From: Octopus bimaculoides
Lineage: Eukaryota
Direction: 5' to 3'
NCBI RefSeq assembly: GCF_001194135.2
Contig: NC_068982.1
Span: 190,739,550 to 190,803,549, forward strand
Length of the DNA stretch: 64,000 bases
This document shows positions 12,998-26,299 of the stretch, one piece after another (within the stretch, counting starts at the first letter, position 1; the number at the start of each line of letters is the position of its first letter). The translations under genes were made by a program, and so were the position numbers. Under the pieces are notes generated by a model. That model ran no database searches, had not been told where the DNA came from, and saw nothing but the letters and a program-made list of their open reading frames with translations.

Positions 12998-14285
12998 GTG
13001 CTACAAAAACGACAAGAATAACGGTTAACATCTTCGTTAAAAGATTTTTAAAAATAACAAATTAGTAACAAAAAAGTAACAAAAAGTAACCATGAACAAT
13101 TTTTATATGATTTTTATTATTTTTTAGAATTATTTTGAATTTTTTCTTCTTTGATATTCAAATGCTAATGACCATTTTAAAAATCATAAAAAAATTTTTT
13201 TTTAATATTTTTCATAAAATAATTTAGCAATAACAGCCATTAATTTATTAAATCTTAATATATTTCACCAAGTTTTTTTTTTCCTTTAGAAATCCAGAGA
13301 CCTAAATTTGGTGTTACTCAGTTGTGTTTATCATTTTTATTATGAATTATTTATATTGATTCACTTTTACTTTTTTTAGCACGAAAATAAACATAGAAGA
13401 CATTTCTTGGCCAACATTTAAAAAAATTAATCCTATTTTGGAAACGACCAATGAAATATACTATTTAATGAGCTTAAACTGGCATATTTATGTGTCAATA
13501 ATCTTATTCACAACAAAGCTTGACATTTTTATTATATTTGAATAGAAAACGATTGCTTTTATACATAAACTTACACTTCAGACCAGTTTCATTATTTGCA
13601 AAAACACAATGCTGATTTTTTTTTCTTTTTTCTACCTAAAATTCAATCTCTACCCATGCAAATTAGTAGCTTCCGTTTTCGGTAAGTAAATAGATTGGTT
13701 GCTTGATTCTCTGGAATTGGTCGAATTAATGTCGATGCCTTTGATGAGAATCCAATAAGATTCGGTAATCGATTAAGGCTGTTCATTATTTTTTCAATCT
13801 ATGAAGAAACAGGTTTATATAGGCACTCTATAGGTTATGTATACATACTTTCAAAATATTGGAAATTCGGATAATTTTTAACATCCACATCAAAACACAT
13901 GAAGATGGAACCAAAATGGAACTGGAGCCAAACCCAAACCGGTCAGGATTTAGAACCAGTGTAACTCTACCTCTTTTCTCTGCACTTTTTAAGTTTATTT
14001 ACAAAGTTTTCAAGATTTTGTGGTGATCTCTCTCGAATTTGATCACCTTTTGCTTCATAGCGTTGCTTATTTTTTTTTTTTTACTTCACCGATTTTGACG
14101 CAGTTTTCAATCTTAGATTCCTTTTATTTAGATCTTCCAAACTGTAATTACATCCCATCCATAACAAATACCTCGCTTCATAAAATGTTTCATTCAAATT
14201 ATTTGCCTCGATTTATGTCATGCTGATGGTTTAGAATAAGAATGAAATGGCGCTATACGATTACCTGTCGTTTTCGTCTTTCACC

Positions 14286-14661
14286 TTTTACTTACTTCAG
14301 TCATTTGACTGCAGCCATGCTGGGACACCACCTTGAAGGATTTTTAATCGAATGAATCGGCCCCAGTTCTTATTTTTTTAAAGCGTTACTTATTCTATCG
14401 GACTCTTTTGCCGAGCCGCTAAATTATGGGAAGTTAAGTACACCGACGCCGATTGTCAAACGGAGGTGGAAGACAAATACAGACTCAAAGACAGACACAC
14501 ATGGGCTTCTTCCGGTTTCCGACTACCAAATCCGCTCACAAAGCTTTGATTGGGCCGAGGCTATAGTAGAAGACACTTAACTAAGTTGCCACGCAGTGGG
14601 ACTGAACTCAGAACTATGTGGTTGGGAAGCAAGCTTCTTAGTACACAGCCACACCTGCGCC
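14286..14661 (-). mobile_element. SINE family A, near full length
   Basis: Minus-strand head GGCGCAGGTGTGGCTGTGTACTAAGAAGC...GAGTTCAGTCCC, then a CORE-like GGCAACTTAGTTAAGTGTCTTC segment, ending TGACTGAAGTAAG. Confidence 0.85.
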
Positions 14662-15257
14662 TGCCATGAGTAGAAATTTTATGTCCTTTGAAATGAATAA
14701 ATAAAGCAAAAACTAAATATGTACCTTCTTCCTAATCTTTCGATTTCAAATTCAAGCTTCCAATCGCGCCAAAATTTATCCTGAAATGATTATTTCTCTT
14801 ATAAAAACTGGTTATCAGGGCACATCCCGTGTTCAACCAATTATTTTTCTAAAATGCTCGACCTATAAAGATTTGAAGACAAAGACGGTATTCCTTTTCG
14901 ATTTGGCTAGTTTTTGCCGCCTTCCTCAAGCTATTTCTACTGCCCCAACATTATCTTGGTTTACAGAAATAGGCTCCTTCTCTCAAATAAACATAACTAC
15001 ACTAAATAATTCCTTAAAATAAAAGTTATATGTTTTGTCACGAAGACAAATTTGGAGCTTTTTATGATATGAACTTGACCACTTTTTGGCCAATAAGTTT
15101 GCTCTAACGCAACAATTTTGGTAAAATTTCCAATAATAGATTCCTTTCGCTGTTATCTTTTAAGTGTGATTAAAGCCAGAAATAAGGGGAGTATCGTGCG
15201 TGGAGGTAGCGTCTATGCGTCAGGCTTTCATTGGAGAACACAAATTTTATCGTGAAG

Positions 15258-15572
15258 ATGTATGGCTCAGTCGTTAGTGTATTTGGTTCACGATTGTAAA
15301 ATCGTGAGTTCAATTCCCGGCGGCGCGTTGTGTCCTTGAACAAGACACTTTATTTCACTTTGCCCCAGTCCATTCAGCTGACCAAAGTGAGTTGTACCTG
15401 CAATTCAAAAGTTGTACCTGCAATTCTGTATTACGCTGAATCTCCCTGAGGAGTACGCTGAGGGTACGCGTGATTGCGGAATGCTCAGCCACATGCACGT
15501 AAATTTCACGAGCAGGCTGTTCCGTAGATCGACCCAACTGAAACGGTCGTCGTCGTAAACGACGGAGAGTCG
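15258..15572 (+). mobile_element. SINE family C
   Basis: TGGCTCAGTCGTTAG (A-box), GAGTTCAATTCC (B-box), TCCTTGAACAAGACAC, and a body ending GTCGTCGTAAACGACGGAG. Confidence 0.85.
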
Positions 15573-15996
15573 TGCTTTACTCATTCTATCATAACATTTA
15601 TTTTTTTAAAACCATTCAATTTTCTATTATAATATCTCAAAACCTACAAGGGGTCCCGGCTCTATTCATTGAACTCCGCTGCTGCATTTAATTCGTTGGG
15701 CGTGTTTGTGAGTGCGGCTGAAGGCTTACGACTGGTCGAGATTTTTGCTGACGTAGGTTAGAGGTAGGAGAGAGGAGAGAGAGGGGGAGCAACAAAAGCC
15801 ACAAAGGCTTTGGTAAGGGTGAAACAGTGCAACAACAACAACAACAACAACAACAACATGGGTGGTGATGGTGACGGGCGGTGGTGACAGCGGGACACTA
15901 CAAGGACGTCTTGTGGCGCAAATCTCGATCGCATTAGCGTTTGCAGCAGAAACGACCAGCAATTCATCTGTGACAATGAACAGATTACGAAATACT

Positions 15997-16034
<38 letters not shown>

Positions 16035-16111
16035 NNNNNNNNNNNNNNNNNNNNNNNNNNNNNNNNNNNNNNNNNNNNNNNNNNNNNNNNNNNNNNNNNN
16101 NNNNNNNNNNN

Positions 16112-16175
<64 letters not shown>

Positions 16176-17173
16176 ATGTGTATGTGTGTATGTGTGTTTG
16201 CATGTGTGTGCGTATGTGTGTGTGTATGTGTGTGTATTTGTGTGTGTGTATGTGCGATTGAGCTTTTGTATGTGTGTGTATATGTGTGTATGCATGTGCG
16301 TATATGTATGTGTGTATATGTTCGTGTGTGTGTGCGCGCGCGCATGTGTGTGAGCGTAGGATTATGCAAAAACTAAGGTCGAATCCACGAAGCCTAAGCG
16401 GGGCCATCAGCAAAATAGCGTTTGACGAAATAAGTATAAGACTGAACGAATAAAAGTTTGGGTGGAGAGGGGTGGGGTGATGATATCGACTAAATGCAGT
16501 GACGATGCTCCAGCCCGGCCGCAGTTGAATGACTGGCAGCAGCTGTAAAGAGGAATAAAGAACAAAAGAATGTCAATAGAAGATAACGCAGAACAAGGAA
16601 TGTTTGTATTCTTCAGTTGGCTCTCAGCATCAATCAACAGGAATGTTTCTGCTTGGAATTGGTAAACTAACAGCACGAACAGGATCCAGCATTAAACAAA
16701 CAACAGAACCAGATTACTATATGTTTGATGTTACAATGAAGACTATAATGTTAGATGTGTGTATAGATATATAGATATGTATATAATGTAAATAATATAT
16801 AAATATATGCATACATCCATACATATATGTACATACCGATATCCATATGTATACATCTATATGTATATATGTATATATGTATTTTAACGTCGTAAATAAG
16901 CTGAACTAAAAAAGGCGATACGCAGATTAACTACGGTCTCTCAATTCATTTTATATATATTCAAGGTGTGAGCTTATCCATTTAAATGTCTACACGTCTG
17001 ATACATACATATATACCTGCATACATACACACACATACATACATACATACATACATATATACATACATACACACACACGCATACATACATGCATACATAC
17101 ATACATATAAACAAACATACATACATACACATATATATATGCAGAGGTGAAAAGTTAAAATTGTCTCCGGACT

Positions 17174-17235
17174 AGAGCCTGATGAATCGTCCACGAATAT
17201 AAAGCCTTCGTGGATGCGAAACCATTGATCACTCT
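17174..17235 (+). ncRNA. degenerate hammerhead ribozyme motif (type I, Penelope-like)
   Basis: AGAGC-CTGATGA-ATCG-TCCACGA(loop)TCGTGGA-TGC-GAAA-CCATTG-ATC-ACTCT: both core boxes, a 7-bp stem II, and stem I AGAG/CTCT. Stem III has a mismatch. Confidence 0.5.
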
Positions 17236-17295
17236 GTTATGACTAGACATTAACTTTATTATTTGAATATATATATATATATTGTATATTCTTTT

Positions 17296-17521
17296 ATTCT
17301 TTTACTTGTTTCAAGCATTTGATTGCGGCCATGCTGGAGCACCGCCTTTAGTTGAGCAAATCGACTCCAGGACTTATTCTTTGTAAGCCTATTACTTATT
17401 CTATCGGTCTTTTTTGCCGAACAGCTAAGTTACGGGGACGTAAACACACCAGTATCGGTTGTCAAGCGATGTTGGTGGCGACACAGACACAGACACACAA
17501 ACATATACACACACACGCATG

Positions 17522-17578
<57 letters not shown>

Positions 17579-17631
17579 GAGAATATACAAATAATAACAA
17601 CAGACGAGGACAGGTGGTGTAAATAACAAAA

Positions 17632-17675
<44 letters not shown>

Positions 17676-17815
17676 GACGGGCTTCTTTCAGTTTCTGTCT
17701 ACCAGATCCACTCACAAGGCTTCGGTCGGCCTGATGTTGTAGTAGAAAACACTTGTCCAAGGTGCCTGCCTGGTAGTGGGACTGAACCCGGAACCATGCA
17801 GTTGATAAGCAAAGA
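17296..17815 (-). mobile_element. SINE family A with (AT)n expansions
   Basis: Same body as the other family A copies, with long TA runs inside. Confidence 0.85.
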
Positions 17816-18375
17816 TGCAAAAATATCACAAAAATATTACAAAAAATTATTTCCTCTATCTCCGGTATTCGAGTACTATTTTTTCCCACCTTGTTTCATC
17901 TTTATGTGTTTATTCTGGTATGTATGCATGTATGTATGTATGTATGTATGTATGTATGTATGTATGTAGCTCGCTTCTACTGCCATCTCTAGCAGACGAG
18001 GTGTCCAGTACTGAAGAACGGCAGAAATAGACCGAAACTAGGACTGGTCTGCTGATCCCGTCTCTAGAAAGCGGTAGGGATTCGCTCCTCTGCTCGCAAT
18101 TTATCGATACAGCTCTGCATTGTTAACCAGCTATAGAGTTGGGGGTTATAAAATCGCAATAGAGTCCGTTCGAACAGACAGCCGTGTTGAAGGTACATGA
18201 AGGCATACATACACACACGCGTGTGTTTGTGCGTGTGTGTGTATGTGAATGTGCGTATGTGCGTGCGTGTATGTATGTGTATGTCAGTGTGTGTGTCTGT
18301 GTGTGTGTGTGTGTATGTGTGTGTGTGTGTCTGTGTATGTGTGTGTGTGTCTGTGTATGTGTGTGTGTCTGTGTT

Positions 18376-18411
<36 letters not shown>

Positions 18412-18489
18412 TGTGTATGTGTGTGTGTCTGTGTTTGTTTGTGTNNNNNNNNNNNNNNNNNNNNNNNNNNNNNNNNNNNNNNNNNNNNN

Positions 18490-18560
<71 letters not shown>

Positions 18561-18926
18561 TATGCACAACATTACATGAATCAAAAGTAATAAAAAGCAT
18601 TCATGCATTTGCCATTAGCTGCGACAAATGTAACTCTACAGCAAGTATTCAGGTACCTACAGAATGACAGCTCACAGCAAACAGAATGCATTCAGAAATA
18701 TGCAAGCCGAAATATGCATTTTTCGAGCTGGCACAAAAAGAAGCAAAAATCATAGTGGGTTTGCCGTGTACATTCCGGGAAGAGATCACACCTTTAATTC
18801 AGTTGTTACGCTCTATCTCCGTTGTTTGGCATACTAATAAAGGAAATCGTTATAGTTAGTTATATGTACAACATGCCACTCCCAGATCCCTCAAATCATG
18901 ATAGTAAATTTGAAAAGAATAAGGAA

Positions 18927-20407
18927 GTATTATCCAATTTGCGATCTTTTGTGTTTAGTTCACAGATTTTTTTAATTATTAGTATTTTTACCTAAACAGT
19001 TTGGAACTTCATATACTGCTGTAATTTCTCACGCTGAACACGGTTTACTTTCAATATTTTTGACAAAATTTCGTATTTTAGAAGTTACTAGCAGAAATAC
19101 CCGGCTTTGCCCGGGTTAAAGAGAATAATGAAATCTAAAAACGCCGTCTAGACTACGCAACCCTCAACTGTTAGTAGCTACGATACCATATTTCTACATT
19201 AATAACTCTCCAATCCATGCCAGCATGGAACATAGACATTAAGTGGAATGCCAGTCTCTCATCTAGGAGGGCCTTGAAATCAATGTTACCAACTGGGGAC
19301 TATGTGTGTCGTAGTGATAATAAAAAGACCCAAAGGATGTCTGNNNNNNNNNNNNNNNNNNNNNNNNNNNNNNNNNNNNNNNNNNNNNNNNNNNNNNNNN
19401 NNNNNNNNNNNNNNNNNNNNNNNNNNNNNNNNNNNNNNNNNNNNNNNNNNNNNNNNNNNNNNNNNNNNNNNNNNNNNNNNNNNNNNNNNNNNNNNNNNNN
19501 NNNNNNNNNNNNNNNNNNNNNNNNNNNNNNNNNNNNNNNNNNNNNNNNNNNNNNNNNNNNNNNNNNNNNNNNNNNNNNNNNNNNNNNNNNNNNNNNNNNN
19601 NNNNNNNNNNNNNNNNNNNNNNNNNNNNNNNNNNNNNNNNNNNNNNNNNNNNNNNNNNNNNNNNNNNNNNNNNNNNNNNNNNNNNNNNNNNNNNNNNNNN
19701 NNNNNNNNNNNNNNNNNNNNNNNNNNNNNNNNNNNNNNNNNNNNNNNNNNNNNNNNNNNNNNNNNNNNNNNNNNNNNNNNNNNNNNNNNNNNNNNNNNNN
19801 NNNNNNNNNNNNNNNNNNNNNNNNNNNNNNNNNNNNNNNNNNNNNNNNNNNNNNNNNNNNNNNNNNNNNNNNNNNNNNNNNNNNNNNNNNNNNNNNNNNN
19901 NNNNNNNNNNNNNNNNNNNNNNNNNNNNNNNNNNNNNNNNNNNNNNNNNNNNNNNNNNNNNNNNNNNNNNNNNNNNNNNNNNNNNNNNNNNNNNNNNNNN
20001 NNNNNNNNNNNNNNNNNNNNNNNNNNNNNNNNNNNNNNNNNNNNNNNNNNNNNNNNNNNNNNNNNNNNNNNNNNNNNNNNNNNNNNNNNNNNNNNNNNNN
20101 NNNNNNNNNNNNNNNNNNNNNNNNNNNNNNNNNNNNNNNNNNNNNNNNNNNNNNNNNNNNNNNNNNNNNNNNNNNNNNNNNNNNNNNNNNNNNNNNNNNN
20201 NNNNGTGAAAGTATTTGACATGAGTGTTTTTGTTTCACTTTTGACACGTAATACTTAAATAGTGGAGGAGATATTATGTTGCTGTGGGCTCGAACTCTGC
20301 AAGAAGTTAAAAAATTTTTTGACTAAAACACAACTGGAACCCTAAGTAAGGCATCTGTAAAATTTGAATGAAATTGGTTGCGTAGTTCTCGAGTTTTAGG
20401 GATTCAC

Positions 20408-20446
<39 letters not shown>

Positions 20447-21260
20447 CACATTCTCATTTTTATATATATAGATTACGTGTTAAAGTTGTCGTATTTAGGT
20501 AATTTTTATCAATCAACGACGTGTATTCAGCTGAAGAAAGCTACTGCTGTTTGCAATAGTAATCGAAGAGCAACAACGTCCGGGTCTTCTCTACTAAATG
20601 TCACCATTCTGTTCTATTTTATTTTTGTTTATTTCCTGTGTTGCATATTACACGCTTTCCTTTTTGTTGTTATTTTTGTTTGTTTGTTTTTTTGTTTTTT
20701 TGTTGTTGTTGTTTTTTTTGCTTTTCGAGCGCCTCTGTATAAGTGGTGAAAATGCAAATGTACAAAGAGGCGATCGAAAAGCAAATAAACTGCGTAGTAT
20801 GCAACACAGGCAGTAACCGAAAATAAAATACAACAGATTGGTAAAAATAATCACAAAATTAACACAGGCAAAAGTATAAAGAGGCGATCGAAAGGCAAAA
20901 AAAAATAATAAAAGCGTGTAATATGCAACACAGGCAGTAAACAAAAATAAAATAGAACAGAATGGTGATATTTAGTAGAGATGATTCGGAAGTTGTTGCT
21001 CTTCGATTACTATTGCAAACAGCAGTAGCTTTCTTCAGCTGAATACACGTCACTGATTGATTAAAATTACCCTAATACGACAACTTTAGCACGAAATAAC
21101 TTCTAAAATACGAAATTTTGTCAAAAATGTTGAAAGTAAAGTGTATTCAGCGTGAGAAATTACACCAATATATGAAGTTCCAAACTGTTTAGTTTTAAAA
21201 AAAAGGATAATTAAAAAATCTGTGAGCTAAACTGAAGCGATCCCCAATTTGGACCAATAC
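18927..21260. mobile_element. foldback (long inverted-repeat) element interrupted by a Helitron
   Basis: 18950-19087 plus 20473-20740 are the reverse complement of about 20860-21235 (for example AAACAGTTTGGAACTTCATATA and CAGCTGAAGAAAGCTACTGCTGTTTGCAATAGTAATCGAAGAGCAACAAC). The centre is near 20750. Confidence 0.8.
19088..20472 (-). mobile_element. non-autonomous Helitron
   Basis: Minus strand starts TC(TATATA...) and ends CTAG, with hairpin ACCCGG/CCGGGT 8 nt from the CTAG. Inserted between host A and T with no TSD. (GACA)n near the 5' end; the interior is mostly N. Confidence 0.85.
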
Positions 21261-21951
21261 ATCAAACTATTCTTGCGTGACTTCATCCTGCCCAGAAAAA
21301 TTCTGATCTTGTGAAGAATAAAGATCTCAAGTCGTTTGAACAACTAAAGGAGAGCGGAAAATCACTGTCAAGCAGAAGACACTTAGGAATGAAGAACTAA
21401 CTGAAACACTGCCGTGAAAAGAAGAAACCAATAAGAGAAAGCAAGGTTTCCGGAAATAAAAGCAAGGATTCCGGAAATAAAAGAGTACCCAAAAGTTTTG
21501 TATAAAGTCACAAATTTCAGTACATTATTACATTCAGTACATTCAGTACACAAACTTCAGTAAATTATGGGAAAGGGTCGTTGTTCAAAGAAAATTGCTG
21601 AAAGACTGCCGACTCCAAAAGGGCGAATAAAATATTGACTGCACGTTTGAAAAGTGCTCTCAACAGTCCTCTGCGACACATACAAATAGATAAACCAAGT
21701 GAGTTCATCAATACAATAGTTCTTCCTAGAAAAGTGACAACCGTCGATGACATCGATATACAGCAAGAAGAGTAATAACAGCCATAGATGAAATGAGTCT
21801 AAACTCGACAAAACAAGCAAGAATCTTGCAAAAACCATTAGATATTTGACAAGAGTTTATAAACTCCTATAAAAGTCGAAAGATTTATCTTTAAAAGAGA
21901 GGAAACAGAGCAGATGCTAAGAATTACAAGCCTTTCGATCTCTATCTCTTC

Positions 21952-22010
<59 letters not shown>

Positions 22011-22404
22011 CGCTCTCTCGCTCTCAATCTGACTTTACATATCAGTGAAGCGGTTGTATTATCAGGAGGAAATTGATCTCGTTCTTAGTAAAAGGAAACG
22101 TTTACTTGCTGGCACTCAACACCTTTTCCGTCCGGGTAGAGAGAATTCATAACACATCTGCAGCCTTCCGATTGGATATCAAAACAGCTCCTCACTCGTT
22201 TAAATATGAGTGTAGAGTGCTTTGATTTAGTAGAGGCCTTCTATACATACATGTATAGAATGAAAAGTTTTAGAGTCCACAACGCAGACCAGTATTAAGT
22301 CCTTTCAGCAGTAAGTGCTCGTTATTCATCACCTAAGGCCTCCCAACATATATTTTACACACACATACACAAACAAACGTACACGTATGGTGGTGGTGGG
22401 GGGC

Positions 22405-22700
22405 GGGGCTGATGGCCTAGTAGTTCAGGTGTTATACTGACGATCTAGCAATTGTGATTTCAATTCCTAGATGGGGAAGTGTGTTGTGTTCTTGAGCAAA
22501 ACAATTCATCTTGCGATGCTGTGCAATCACATTGACGCCCGACGCGTAGTACCCCGATCACCTGTTCAGACAACGGCGATTTGATGGCAGGAGAGTGAGC
22601 TAATATGCAGCACGAACATTTGATCACTATAAGCGAATCATTTGTGTAGGTCGTTCAGCAAAAGCTAAGTGCTCATTCGTCGTCTTCGACGGGAGAGTCA
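22405..22700 (+). mobile_element. SINE family C variant
   Basis: TGGCCTAGTAGTT...TTTCAATTCC...TGTGTTCTTGAGCAAAACA head with a different body. Confidence 0.65.
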
Positions 22701-22959
22701 TGGCTGAGCTACTTCAAGTTTCATACTCGAAAAGTACAACGGATATGTTCAACGATCTTCATCAACTGCTGATATATTTGTTGTGCTTTTAACACTGTAC
22801 ATCTGTAAGAGATCTCTGGACGAATACTGCTTATGCGTCCGTGCGCGCATGTGTGTCTTCGTTCAGTTTTATTTCAAGATCCCTTGCCAATAGAGAAAGA
22901 GCCAGTTTTTAACTTAGATTCAAGGCACCTTCATTAGAATTTCAACATCAACAACAGGG

Positions 22960-22993
<34 letters not shown>

Positions 22994-23102
22994 TGTATGT
23001 ATGTATGTATGAACGCAAGCATGTATATAAATGTGTGTATGTATATACGTATGTGCTGCTTATGTATGTATGTATGTATGTATGTATGTATGTATGTGTG
23101 TG

Positions 23103-23136
<34 letters not shown>

Positions 23137-23599
23137 TGCAGATTTGTATATTTTACTTTATGTATGTATTCTCATGCATATAGTTGCATATCTAGACATG
23201 CTCATATATATCAAATGATAAACTTTCGGAAAGTTTTACAGATTTTTGCAGTTCCATTGATGGATTGAACCTGTAGTCTTCGAATCAGCTTTCTCCTTTC
23301 TGGTTTTGAGAAGCCTAATTTCTCAACATTGATGTACGTACGTGCGTATGTATCGACTAGACTCTCGGCTGTTGTTACAATGCGTTTGGCTTTGTTTTAG
23401 CTCTCGAACGACGCCCCACTCTTCTGATCGGAAGACTACTCCGTCACAGGGTTACCCATTTACAGCTGAATAGACTGGAATGTGCTCAATAACACAAAAC
23501 GCCGCCTGGTCCCTGACTCAATTTCTTGATCTAATAATCGTGAGTGCAACACAGTAACCACTTGTCCGCTCGCCTTCACACGTTCTTTTATTCTTGTAC

Positions 23600-23958
23600 G
23601 TATTTCAGACATTTGACTGCGGCCATGCTGGAGCACCGCATTTAGTCGAAGAAACCGACCCTGACTTAGTCTTTGTAAGCCTGGTACTTATTGCATTGTT
23701 CACTTTTACCGAAGTGCTAAGTTACGGGGACGTAAACACACCAACATCGGCTGTCAATCGATGGTGGAGGGACAAACACAGACACAGAAATACAATACAT
23801 ACATGCATACAGTTTCTGTATACCAAATCCACTCACAAGGCTTTGGTCGACCCGAGGCTATAGTAAAAGACACTTACCCAAGGTGTCACGCAGTGGGACT
23901 GAACCCGGAATCATGTCGTTGAGAAGCAAGCTTCTTACCATACAGCCACGCTGCGCCT
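23600..23958 (-). mobile_element. SINE family A, near full length
   Basis: Ends CTTCTTACCATACAGCCACGCTGCGCC (reverse complement of the head); full body present. Confidence 0.85.
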
Positions 23959-24438
23959 ATATATACATATATACACGTATTATGTAAGATATCTTTACAT
24001 ATGGAGGTGGGTTCTTTAATAACGGTTTGCCTCGAAGCGAATTCAGGTATAAATAATACCGTATAATACATGAGTAAAAGAAACATTGAGTGGTCAAATG
24101 GTGGAAACCTGCACATACGCTGACCCAGACGAGCGTGCTACTAATTATACGTACTAAAGCATTCTAAATGTAAACATACTTTCTTCCCGGTAAGGATAAA
24201 ACTTTAATTTGATGGGTGAAAACTGGGGGACTGCTTCGGTGTAATCGTTTGTTTGTCTCTCCTAGTATTATAGATGTCTGATTCGGGTCCTGTGGCCAGC
24301 TCCCTGTCTTTTTTTTTCTATCCAACAGACTTTTATCCTAACGTAATACTCTCTGTTATTAATAGCTGTATTTACTCAGAGATATGCCATTAACAAACAA
24401 TTCTTTACAGAGTTCTCCTTGTTTCTACAGTTGCATTA

Positions 24439-24469
<31 letters not shown>

Positions 24470-24490
24470 ACATATGTAAGTATATGAATA

Positions 24491-24530
<40 letters not shown>

Positions 24531-25621
24531 CTTTTATAAGTAATATTCTAAAAGAAATATTCTAAAAGAATATATAACTGAACTTATGTTGAGTGCTCAA
24601 TTATCTTGAGCAAATAAATGTGTATATATGTGTTTTTATATCATTAATAAATTCGTAGAACTCATCAATAATATATTCAGGAAAACAATATTTAATATTT
24701 TGAAAGATATACATCCAACATAACATGGTAACATAATAAATNNNNNNNNNNNNNNNNNNNNNNNNNNNNNNNNNNNNNNNNNNNNNNNNNNNNNNNNNNN
24801 NNNNNNNNNNNNNNNNNNNNNNNNNNNNNNNNNNNNNNNNNNNNNNNNNNNNNNNNNNNNNNNNNNNNNNNNNNNNNNNNNNNNNNNNNNNNNNNNNNNN
24901 NNNNNNNNNNNNNNNNNNNNNNNNNNNNNNNNNNNNNNNNNNNNNNNNNNNNNNNNNNNNNNNNNNNNNNNNNNNNNNNNNNNNNNNNNNNNNNNNNNNN
25001 NNNNNNNNNNNNNNNNNNNNNNNNNNNNNNNNNNNNNNNNNNNNNNNNNNNNNNNNNNNNNNNNNNNNNNNNNNNNNNNNNNNNNNNNNNNNNNNNNNNN
25101 NNNNNNNNNNNNNNNNNNNNNNNNNNNNNNNNNNNNNNNNNNNNNNNNNNNNNNNNNNNNNNNNNNNNNNNNNNNNNNNNNNNNNNNNNNNNNNNNNNNN
25201 NNNNNNNNNNNNNNNNNNNNNNNNNNNNNNNNNNNNNNNNNNNNNNNNNNNNNNNNNNNNNNNNNNNNNNNNNNNNNNNNNNNNNNNNNNNNNNNNNNNN
25301 NNNNNNNNNNNNNNNNNNNNNNNNNNNNNNNNNNNNNNNNNNNNNNNNNNNNNNNNNNNNNNNNNNNNNNNNNNNNNNNNNNNNNNNNNNNNNNNNTATA
25401 TACATACATACATATATATACTAGGTCTTAGTAGACACAACATGTGGTCTATTTCTTGCACATTAAATGTCCACTTTACTGGTCAAATTATATATATATA
25501 AAAATATACCTTAATCCCCTAAGATCTCAGATATTTTTTCTGAATCTCTCGGATTCTTTCAATGTGCTAGCTTCCTGGTAATAAATCGATATTAATTAAT
25601 ATCTGATTTTTACCTTATGTC

Positions 25622-25663
<42 letters not shown>

Positions 25664-25679
25664 ATATATATACTCTTTA

Positions 25680-26065
25680 CTCTTTTACTTGTTTCAGTCA
25701 TTTAACTGTGGCCATATTGAAGCACCGCCTTTAGTCGAGCAAAAGGACTTATTCTTTGTAAGCCTAGTACTTATTCTATCAGTCTCTTTTACCGAACCTC
25801 TAAGTTACGAGGACGTAAACACACTAGCATCGGTTGTCAAGCGATGTTGGGGGGACAAACACAGAAACACAAACATATACACATACACATACATATATAT
25901 GTATATATACTTCTTTCAGTTTCCGTCTATCAAATCCACTCACAAGGCTTTGGTCGGCCCGAGACTATAGTAGAAGACACTTGCCCAAGGTCCCACGCAG
26001 TGAGACTGAACCCGGAACCATGTGGTTCGTAAACAAGCTACTTACCACACAGCCACTCCTACGCC
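25680..26065 (-). mobile_element. SINE family A, near full length
   Basis: Full body and head (CTTACCACACAGCCACTCCTACGCC). Confidence 0.85.
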
Positions 26066-26090
26066 TATGTATGATGTATATATATCATAC

Positions 26091-26135
<45 letters not shown>

Positions 26136-26145
26136 NNNNNNNNNN

Positions 26146-26188
<43 letters not shown>

Positions 26189-26268
26189 TACATGCTTAAA
26201 TACATACATCCTTACATAAATACAAATATACATGCATACATGCATACACACATACATACATACATACA

Positions 26269-26299
<31 letters not shown>

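Noticed and set aside
21595-21770. About 57-codon stop-free plus-strand frame (KTADSKRANKILTARLK...)
   Set aside because: No recognisable homology or clear splice sites.
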